A DNA stretch of 64,000 bases, taken from assembly GCA_965178125.1 (NCBI GenBank), contig OZ237762.1, forward strand, positions 806,001 through 870,000. The letters run 5' to 3'. Position numbers and translations under genes: made by a program. Below are positions 49,768 to 60,180 of the stretch, piece by piece. Position 1 is the stretch's first letter, and each line of letters opens with the position of its first letter. The notes beneath the pieces were generated by a model. That model had not been told where the DNA came from. It was given only the letters and a program-made list of their open reading frames with translations, and ran no database searches. This DNA is from Bilabrum cf. latius. Its lineage: Eukaryota.

Positions 49768-50804
49768 TCAGAAGCCAAACAAGCCGCCTCCAAAACCGAA
49801 GGGGCCTCCTAGGCCCGAACCGCCCCTTGCCCCCGAATCCCCGCCGGTTGTGCCCCCGCCCCCGTCCCGGCGTCGGCTACCGCCGGCGTCACCGCGTCGG
49901 CCAGCACCCGCCGAGTCCCGCCCAGCCCCCCGTGCACCATCTCCCAGGGAGAGTCTCGTGCCGTCTACACCAGTCCCCATACCTCCGCCCCCCAGCATGC
50001 CGAAAGGGCCTCCGAAAGCGGCTCCCCCAAGCATCCCATCGAATCCTCCAGCGCCCCCTCCACCTCCCTCGTGCTCCTCTGCGGAAGTCTCCACGCTGCC
50101 GTCCGCGTGTCGGATCGTGGTCACGGTTCGCGTGACTTGGCGACCACCTCGCACAATAGTCTCGGTTCGCACCGACTTGCTAGTGCCCATTCTGCCTCCC
50201 ATGCTGCTGCTGGAAGACATGAACACTGCACCACCAGAGCCACCCATGTCCATTCCGCCGCCGAACCCACCCATCATTTCTGCCATCATTGCATCGAGTC
50301 CACCACTCCTACCAAATGACCCACCAAATCTGTCAGACCTGCCAGACTTGCCGCGCCTTGCACCGTGGCTTCCCATGCTTGCAAAGGGATCTGAGCCGAA
50401 GAATGCCTCAAAGAGCTCAAAAGGGTCGATACCTCCCCCACCTCCGAACGATGGGCCATCAGACCCTCCCCCTTTGAATGCAGATTTGCCATACTTGTCG
50501 TACATATTACGCTTTGACGGGTCCTTGAGCACTGCGTAGGCCTCTCCAATTTTCTTGAACATCGCTGTTGCCTCTTCCACCTTGTCCGGGTTCTTATCCT
50601 GCGGTAAACGTAAATATATCCCATACGATTCAATCAAGGGGTAATTTGCACGCATTTATATCATTCGGTGAGTCAGAAGCTTGCTCTCACTGGGTGCCAT
50701 TTCACTGCAAGTTTTCTGTAGGCCTTCTTAACCTCAGACTGGCTTACGCTAGGTGCTATTCCAAGCGTATCATAATATTCAGTATCGGCTACACGGTCAG
50801 ACAT
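49768..50804 (-). CDS. DnaJ/Hsp40 class B (DNAJB6-like)
   Basis: J-domain '[49 protein letters not shown]', G/F region, '[13 protein letters not shown]'. Intron 50599-50690; ends TGA. Confidence 0.92.
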
Positions 50805-51089
50805 GAGTGGTGAGGCTCTTGTCTGTGCACACCAACAAAGTCTACGTGGCCAAATGCTGCCGCCCGAGTTGGCGCCGCGCCGCACTGCCAGCATCATGCA
50901 ATGCATTTACGGAACTAACGTAACAACACAGGCCCTGCGGTCGTGCAGCGAAAAGCACCAACAGATCTCGCAGACTGTATCGCTAGTAGTTCAACTAAGG
51001 CTTCTGTCTTAGTCTCGCGCTTGATTCGTGCCGCACGTTGCCCGCCGGCCAGTGAGCTGTCCACCGTTGAATCCACCGGTGTGCACCTA

Positions 51090-51797
51090 ATGTCAGGCCG
51101 AGCAAGCGGGACTACAGCGGGTATGGGGAGGTTGGCAAGTGATGCTCCACAAAAAGCAGTCGATGCGGCATACGATGCTGTCGATTAGTCAAGAAAGCCG
51201 GCACATCAGCTTGATGCGGCAGTCCTGTCTGTGGAGAGACGACTATCAGCGGACAAACAGAATCTATCAATTACAGCAGCTAAATTATTGCAGGAATCTG
51301 AAAAGATCCCAGCAGAACTCAGGGAGCATGTCAGCAGCCTCTAGTGGTCGGCAGGTCAAATCGAATCGAGCGTAGAGGAGGCCACTCAACTCATTGGGGC
51401 GCTCGTTGCTCAAACGCATCGAGCTCAAGGGTACATAAAGGCTGCTCGCATGGCACGAGATCTTGAATCGAGAACAGCTTCAGAGTGCAGAAGGCAGGTT
51501 GCGGACCTTGGTCGGGAGTGCAGCGAGCTGAGGGCCGAGAGCCAGCAGCGCCTGGCCAGGGTGCTGGAGCTCGAGAAGAAGGCTGAGAGGCTGCGGTCCC
51601 GGGAGGAGGACGCAATGCGAAGGCTGAAGGAGGCCCAGGATCGTGCAGGGTCTGCCGAGGACGTGTTGGCTTCCCGCGAGGAATCCAACGCAGTGCTCCG
51701 CAGCCGCGTTCTAGAGCTCGAGAGGACCTGCGCCCGGCTGAGGGCCGCCGCGAGGGGGGCCAGCAGTCCGTCTGCAGGTCTGGGGGGCCGGGGATAA
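51090..51797 (+). CDS. Coiled-coil hypothetical protein
   Basis: Open frame with 2 TAGs; heptad-like E/R/L-rich C-terminal half; ends TAA. Confidence 0.6.
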
Positions 51798-52143
51798 CAC
51801 ATGGCCGGCTATGATGTGTCATGTTGTCGCTTCTTTTTTGTTCTCATTGTCTACTCGCGCCGAATCCTGCATGCTCAATCGAACCGCGGAACTGGCCCCG
51901 GTCTTGTTACGAGCACCATCGTGAACTCGGCCAGACGGCCCGGTACGGCGCGAATCAAGCTTGCCTCCGATGCTGCCCAGTCCTCCAGCCTGTCACCACT
52001 TCAAATAACGACAAACCTTCCACCCTATTCTGAGGCAGGGGACGCACGCATGGCAAGACTATGTCACGGTGCGAGCTCCGTTCCGACAGCCGAAACACGC
52101 CTGCGATGATTTTGGCCACAAGCTGCGGCGTCCGTTTCTCCCA

Positions 52144-53244
52144 TTACACGGCAACTGCTACCCTATGTAAACCGTTGGTCGATGTACCGGTACTGCTGCC
52201 TGTCGCGGCTGCTCCGCCATGGTTTGCTTGACCTGGGCCTCTGACTTCCAGCCCGTTCGACACGTGCGAGTCTTCTTCGCTGGCATTGATCTTGTCTCCT
52301 TCTTGGCTGGTGGTACTCTTGCTCCCTGTCTCCCCACTGGCAGGGTCTTCTGGCCCAACCTCATAGCTAGAGGCCGGGATGTCGCCACGTTCACAGGGAG
52401 GCTCATCGCCGGCATCCGCAACCTACTCCGCGCCATCCTCAGCTGTCTACCGCATGAGCTCTGCCCGAGCGAAACAAGCCAATAGAGAAGCGACCCCAAA
52501 CGTAGCAACGAGTCCAACCCCCAGCAGCACCCAGCGAACCACAGATGCAGTACTCGTGCCGGAATCATCCTCAGTGCCTCCGCCTGCCAGCGCGAACGCC
52601 AGATCACCTGCAATGGCACCAAGGTAAACATAAGCAGCACCGCCAGGAATCATGCCGATGAGCGACCACAAGCCGAATATTCCAGCCGGAATTCCTTGCG
52701 CCCCGCACCACAGGTTGAACAGGCCGAATGGGACGACTGGAGACAGCCTGCACAATAGCACCACGCGCCAGGCATGCCCGGGACGCAAAATAGCAGCTTC
52801 CAGCACTTCGAGCGCCCTGTATTGTCCCGACAAATCATGCACGCATGTTCTGAAACACGCGGTTGCGGCGAAATAGTCCGCAATAGCGGCTGCCTCGGCA
52901 GGCAACCACGAGCAAGCCAGAGCCAAAGGGAACCCTACAGCCCATCCATACGCCCCAACAAATACAAACCCTGATCCAAGGGTCAAAGCAGATGCTGGGA
53001 CCAGCATGGCGGCAAGGGCAAAGTACAGCAACGCAAAAACAATAGCACCCCACCAGCCGCTGTCAGCCACGAGCTCAAGAAAGGCTCTCAACCATCCGAC
53101 AACTATCCGAGTGGATAGCGAGTCAATCACAAGAATCGCGACTATGGCGATAATTAGAACGGCTGCAGCCCATTTATACCTATACTTCCAGCAACAATTC
53201 AGATCGCCTGGATTTGCTTCGCTCTAGCTCTGCTCTGGCTGCAT
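52144..53244 (-). CDS. TVP38/TMEM64 (VTT/DedA, SNARE-associated) membrane protein
   Basis: 'LVPASALTLGSGFVF', 'VVLLCRLSPVVPFGLFN', 'GMIPGGAAYVYLG'. 3 TAGs; ends TAA. Confidence 0.85.
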
Positions 53245-53529
53245 GCTTGGCGAATATTAGGTATTGCTCGCATAGTACGATAATCCTGCCGTGCTTGACA
53301 TAGCTGCCAGCTAGACTGGGATCACCGCATCCAAGGTACGGAAGCGTTTTATGGGATTCCGGTTTCGCGACCGGCGACGTGGCCTCTCTTACACCACTGT
53401 TCCGAGAGCAAACTGTGGCTTCTCTGGACTACAAACACACCCATATTGGGAAAAGGACGGTACGAACGGCTCGGCATGCACGCTGCTGATCGATCGCTGC
53501 CAGTCTCCGACTCAGAGCCAGAGTTTGCC

Positions 53530-56500
53530 TCATTCAAGCCTCTTCCGTTCGCTTCTTCTTCGCCACGAGCAGCACGCATCCCGCGCGTGCTGGAGGGCCC
53601 TCTCGCCGCAACACAATACGTCAATCCCTGCTCCCACGATGTTTCCGCATCGCCCCATGCATCGCCCCAGGTTTCCAGGAAGCCGCAACGCACCGGCTGC
53701 CTGCGCCAAGGACAGGGCGAGGAACGCCATGGCCAGCAGGCCCAACGTGAGGTACGGCAGAATCGCGCGCTCACCCTCCGCTACCCCAATCCAGTCCATG
53801 AGTCTCCCTAGAGCCCCTGGCAGAGGCGAAGCGCCCGCCTCCTGCGTGCCGTCAGCTCGCATTGAGACAGCCACTACCGCTGGTGCTCGCCTGCTGAACT
53901 CGCACCAGGGCCCGTACCAGTCCGCATGGCAGACGCATGTACCACTAGTAGCCCCCTTCTGCCCCCTGCAAGAGCCTTGGTTATTGAATGATCCGCAGTG
54001 AGAGTCAGCACCGCACATGAAAGCCTCAGCCGAGTCCCTCCAACCGCCTGGGTCGGCCTGTGAGGCAGCACCATCAGCTCGCAAAGCAGTCGCATCAACC
54101 GTAGGCCAGCTGCTTGCTCGAGTCTGGTCTCCCCAATCTAGATGCGCCGGAACTGCAGCGCCACCGCTGCTGACAGGTCCCGAAGCTCGCAATGCACCGT
54201 CCTTGTCGGCGGCAGCCGAGTACACTGCCCTCAGCGCACCCACAATTTCGCCTCCGGCTGCCGAGGCTGAGTCAGCGCTGCCGCCAACAAGCACGTCAGC
54301 CGGGCCCCCCTCAGCCTGCATGCTCAACCTAGCTTGCTACACAGCGCGCTTCCACCCTTGCCACGCCGGGACATCCCACACCCCGCTCGAGAGGGCGGCA
54401 CTCCCCTGCAGGGCCGAGGCTGCACGGCGCCCTGCCCTTGACAAGGCGCCTTCTGCAGACAGTACTAGAGGGCGGTCCTGCTCTAGCAGTTGCTCCCAGC
54501 TGGCGAGATACGTAGCCAGCCTGTGCGGGTGTTGCATGGAGTCGCACCGGCGCGGAAACTCCCCAACAAAGGATCCACCGGCATCCAAGCACGCTCGCTC
54601 GAGTCCAGAAGAAGACGTCGGCACAGCCCCCCCTGCGTTGATGCTTGTGGCTTCCAGCAGCGAGGCAGAACCTTCCGGCACAGCCAGCGTCTCTGCCATG
54701 TCGTCCAATTCCGATCTGGCTCCCTTGGCCCCGGCCGGCCGCTGCTCCGAAAGTCGAATGCGCCTCCCGACCAGCAGCGCGGCGGCAGATAGCTGATACT
54801 CTGCTGCAGCAAGCGTGGCAAACGCTCGAGCTGCACGCCGCTCCCAGGCGAGCTCCCTCCCATCCCACATATCGTCCCTCCCACGCCGCCTGCCCTTCGC
54901 CACAGGGCCCTCCAACCGGGTGCTGGTACTTGTTGGCGTCTGGATACCGTGCCATCGGCCAGGCCTCTCTCCAGCTGTCCCCAGCCCAAACGCCACATGT
55001 GCCGCTGACAATGCTACGTCACCCCCTTCCGGTGGCCACAACAGCTCCATGTCTCCTCTTCGCCTGTGCACGGACACCATCTGCATCAAGCGTGCAGCGG
55101 ACATTGGGCACAAATCAACGTCGGTCCGACCCATGCTCGAATGCCGCTGCAGTCGAGCGTGCATCAGCCGGTTGAATTCTCTAGCCTGCTCTGGCTGATG
55201 AGTCCCAGGCGCATTCCACGACTCCATCAAGGCCAAGATATCCTTCGGGAGCCAGTGCGAAGACGATGACATGGATAGAGCAGCCCTGATGGCGCCTCGC
55301 TTCATGGCGCCGTCCGAACCAGCGTGCTTGCCTTTCGTTCGGTGGGGGTGCAGGTTGGGGCTCATGTTCACCTCCAGCAGCCACGGTGTGCCGGAGCGGT
55401 CGTACACGAAATCAAACCGCAGCAGCTCGAAAGTGGACGATGGGCTCAGTCTGTCGATGTCTCCCCTCCCCTCGCTTGCCAGGCCAAGGAGCTCATCGAG
55501 ACGGCTGCCATTCACAACTTGTCCGGCCCGCCCAGCCGACATGACTGGCAGCAGTGCGCGCTCCAAGTCGCTATCGGAGAGAGTCAGTACCTCTGAAAGG
55601 CCCTCGGTACCTTTCTGGCTCCTTTGCGGGTGCACAGACTGCCTCTCTTTCTGCATCCTGGAGATTCGCTCCCACTCCTGCTCGCCGATGATGGAACGCA
55701 CGGCACTCTCGCCGCTGCTGGCGCCCGCAGCGGCTTGTTGCGCCGCCCGGAGCACCTTTGCATCCCCAAGAACAGCCGCCCCGGCCCTTCGCATCGCAGG
55801 CAATGCTGACAGGAGCGCGGTGCGGATCGCCGACCTGGTCCGCTGCCAGGCACGCACCGGGTCCAGCCCCAAGCGGGCCATGGCAGCCAGCAGCGCGCGT
55901 CTGTTGCTCGTGCCTTCATCTTCATCGCCTGGAACGCGCGAATAGAACTATCCTGTGGATGGTACGGACCAGGCCGGACGGTAGTCGTCTATGACGTATG
56001 CGTACTTGTGCGACTCGCGAGTCAGGTTGCCCGGCGTGGGTTCAGAGCACACGCGGACCAGAATGTTGCGATATGTGTATGCCACCAGTGGACGAGTAGA
56101 AAGTATGAGCACATACACCCCGATATCGAATTTATGCCCCGACAGCAGCAGCGGCTCGACGTACTTGCTCGCCATCGAGTTCGGGGGCAGCGAGTGAACC
56201 CAGGACCCTGGCGGGGAAGACTCCCTGCCTTTAGAGTCGCGGTCATCATTGGAAAGCGGGCTTGATGCGCTGCGTGTCTCCCCCTCTGGGCTGTCAGTAG
56301 CCCCCACGACCTGGTTGGCATCCAGCAGCACGATCCCGCGGTGGTCCCTGCTCTTGACGAGCCAACGCAGGCCGGACTTGGCGTCGCCGGGGACACCCAG
56401 AGCCAGGCCTTTCGAGGCCCCATCCGCGTCTCCATACGAGTGTTTGAGGGCCTATGAGCGCGCCCGCTGCCTCTCAAGGAATATCGCGGCGGTGAGCTCC

Positions 56501-57108
56501 GCAGCGCGCTCGGGAAGCAGGAAGTGACTCGGCGCCGGATTTCGCAGCAACCCCGTGCGCTGCATCCAAACGTGGGAATGTCCCAAAAACTGCCATGGGT
56601 CTACATTGCCAGCATTACTGCCACGATTCAACTTCTCAACGGTGTGCATCCATTGCAGCTGACTGTTTGCAGCCGCTGCAGCACCACTGAGCAGCGTCGA
56701 AGGCAATCGCGATTTTTTCGTGATCCCGAAATTGCCAGGTATATGGTTGACTCGCTGCGAGTTTCTGATTCTGCCAATAAGATCCCATCTGGGGTACCGG
56801 AAAGAGTACAAGAGATCCCAGTCAGCATTTTGTGCGTTGGGCCCGTAAGCGTCTTTAACTTCAGGATCGGACATGTCGCCAGCCTATTTGGCAACCCATG
56901 GGTCGTGCTCAAGGAATCCCAGCCATGAAAGTGCGTTTAAGGGGGTCCTTAAGTGGTACCTCTTCCATTCTGGCATCCGGAAGTACGTCTGCTTCCAACT
57001 ATCCCCAACGGGTTGTAGACCAGAAATCTTCTCCCGATCATGAGATTCGCCGCGGCAAGTCATGAAATGCACAAGAACGCACCATGGAATCTATGATGTA
57101 AGCACCAT
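53530..57108 (-). CDS. Tubulin-tyrosine-ligase-like (TTLL) ATP-grasp protein with C-terminal EGF-like domain and TM helix
   Basis: 'DWDLLYS', 'QRVNHIPG..ITKK', 'WLVKSRDHRGI', 'KYVEPLLLSGHKFDIGVYV', 'YVIDDY', 'FELLRFDFVYD..PWLLEVNMSPNL'; EGF 'C..QGSC..CVCHADWYGPWCE'. Five track ORFs are joined by TAGs; ends TGA. Confidence 0.85.
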
Positions 57109-57310
57109 TGATACGAAATTAACAACTACGGCAACTGTACCTGTATCGTGGGAGTTTTTCCTTTTTGCAACTCTTGACCGACTGCGTTATTCCGGTTTCG
57201 TACCCAAACGAGCGCTTGGGGCGGATTTTCAGACGTAGCAGCTTCCAAAGCCGTAACCTGAATTTGTTGGCCTTAGAAGCTGTTAAATCTGTCAGTTCCG
57301 ATCGCATTCG

Positions 57311-60070
57311 ATGGACGATTTATCCCCGCTCTCCAGAGCGAAAGCCCTGCTGGCTGCCATGCGATCTGTTGGCGATCAGAACGACTCGCTAAAGAATGTA
57401 AGGGCCCCGCATGAATCTAAAACCGGGACTGGTGGTGGCGAACCAGTGGTAATTAAGACCCCGGATGCTCTGGCACAAAGCGCAATCGGCCGGCAAACAC
57501 ATCGAGCTGTAGTTGCAAGGGCTCGTACAAGGGTGCGAAGGAGCCTAGACACCACCTTGCAAGCTGCATCATCGCGGCCAGCTGAGCGCAGTGCCGCATA
57601 GAAGCATAGCCCTTCTCCCGTTCTTGGGGCCGCAGGAACCCCTGGCGCGCACAGCTTCGATTCGAACTCCGGCTCCAGCAGCTCCAGCGAAGGTGACCTC
57701 TCGGAGGACTCCTCTGGCGATGAAGGCAGCGATGCGGGCAAATTGCTGCTGCAGAGAACATTGCAAGGAAGCATTCGTCCTAATGCTCCGGACAATGTAG
57801 CACGCAGCACCCACGCTTCTCCCTCCCTGGCCCAGAGTCCGCCTAGTGCTCGGTCCAAGCTCCCCGGCCGAAAGAGCCCTGCACGAGCCACACACTCTGT
57901 CTCATTCTTGTCTAGTAGTGGTTCAGCGGTGCATGCACAGGGTAGTCTTGTCTTGCAACCGGCTCCTCGGAACAAGACCCGACCCCTGAGTCAAGCCCAA
58001 CCTGCCAGAGAGCCCAACACCCAGCTGGCTGATGTGCTGACACGGAACCGCAAGGCCAGGGTTCAGCTGGCTGGTTGGTCGCAAAGGTCAAGTCCTTATT
58101 CAACCCGTGAGGAGAGTATACCGAGGGCCTCCCGGACGCCCCGCCCAGTGCTGCCTGCAGCCGACTACCTCGCTGCAATGCGGGAGACCAAGGAGGCCTG
58201 GAGACGGCCCGGCAGTCGTGTCAATCGACCGCAACCTGAGATGGTGCAAAATTTGATCAGCCCTGCAGATGTTGCTCGCAAGCACCACCGCTGGAGAGGT
58301 GCACCGGGGGCGGTGGTGCACGTGAGGACGGCAGGGACGGCTCGTGATGGCGAGTGGGCTCCCGAGAGTGTGCGAGACGATTGGGACAGGCTTCGGCTGT
58401 TTCTGGCCAATCTCTCTATTCGAATCGGATAGCGATTCCAGACAGACATGCAGGAGATAGCTCGTCTTGTAGACAGCTTGCAGGCTAGATCTGGCTGCAG
58501 CAGTGCCAAGCACCTGGCCCAGGCTCCGGGCAGTTCCAGCCTCGACTCGACCCACAGTAGTGCTTCTGAGACACAACCATCGGTGCGTAATGACTCTCCG
58601 CGCAATTGTCGCATTATCTAGGATCCGATACCACCAAGCGGGAATCCTCCGCCCCTATCTCCTGTGGGCTCCGTAGAAGCTGGGAGGACGGAAGCTGACA
58701 GCGCAGGCAGGTCTGTTGCCAGAAGTGTGACAGTGAGCCCAACTGACAGCCGCACTTCTTAGTTTTTGCCAAGCGAGGCGGACTCAGCTAGTACTGCGCT
58801 TTTAGAGGAAGGAATCATGCTGGCCGACTTCCAGGGGGATCCTAGCTAGAACCAGATATCGGTGGCGAAGGATACAAGGGTTCGCGTTGTGCAACGCTTC
58901 GATTCTGGATGGTGGTTTGTGGTTCCTGAGCCAGTCGACACGTCGATTGAGGGCTGGGTAGATCGAGGTGGATATGTGCCGGGGACGTACTTAGCAACGC
59001 TCGAGATGGGGGCCTTGGCCGTGGCATCGAGCCAGCAGCCGGGTGAGTCGTTCGAATCTAAGTACAAGACGGAAGCACAGCAGGCTGCAACTGATAGCGG
59101 CAGGAAGGGTGCACCTGCATCTAGAAAGCTTGCAGAAGCTTCCTTGGTTGCAGGAACAAGCTCACGCGTGCGAATGAAAATATGCGCCGATGTGGAGCGC
59201 GGATCTGTCCCCCCGTCAGACTCGCCACGCCAGGGTGCCACAGAGCGCGTTGTTGTGCTGAATTCCCACACTGGGTCGTTCAAAGGCGCAGCGATGCAGA
59301 ATGATGGGTCCCTAGGTCTTAGCGGTGCTGGTGTGACCGGTTCTGGTGCGAAAACAGCTTCAACATCAGCTGGGAGGGACGCCAAACAGGATGGTGGTGA
59401 GCATGCTCGCACGAAAGAGACTTCAGCAGTCAGAAAGACACCCAGGCCACCGAGCTCTACACCGCCTGCATCGAGACAGACCCGAAAACAAACAAGAACA
59501 CAAGCTTTGAGACCCAAAAACAGCGCGATGCAGCGCTAGCCATCATCCCGGTCCGCCCACAGCGGGCGTGCCAGCCAGGGGGGTCGAGGCACAGTAGGAA
59601 CGGGAACCCCACCTCGGTTCTCTCCAATTCAACGAGAAGATAAAAACGTAGAGTAGAGTAATGATGGGAGTCGTCCGGGCTCGAGAACCCCCAGTCCACC
59701 GCCGGATCTGCCTGGGCCATCAGAGAGAGCAGCGGCTAAGGCCAAGGCATCTCGGCTTGAGGCACGGGAATAGAGCACTGGCGTGTCGACAGGGCCGCCC
59801 GGGGGATCGTCTGGCAGAAGCAGCGTGGACATGTCACAGATCGAGCCGCCTCCCGGCTCAGCCAGCACCACCGACTCGAACAGTGCAAGCAGACCGGGTG
59901 GGCGCGATTCACATCAAAGACCCGGAGGACGCTCTCTCCCGCCTGCATCCAGGTAGGCAGCCACTGCTCCTGCATCATTTGCCCAGCAGTGGCTTCTGGA
60001 GGGCCTGCGCAGTCCTGCAGGTGCACGGACCGGTGCAAGGTAGCGGTCAGTCAAGAAGATTCGCAAGTGA
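57311..60070 (+). CDS. SH3-domain-containing, S/P-rich protein
   Basis: SH3-like 'MLADFQGDPS*NQISVAKDTRVRVVQRFDSGWWF..GYVPGTYL' (~58815-58995). About 10 TAGs, no TAA; ends TGA 60068-60070. Confidence 0.7.
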
Positions 60071-60180
60071 CCGTGTGCCAGCGGGCAAGATCACTTCTCT
60101 CTCTCCCTTTGCGCGGCGCAAGCGAGATTCTTGTGCAAGCATTTGAAGTCAGTTACAGCGACTATTTGATTCTGTATCAC

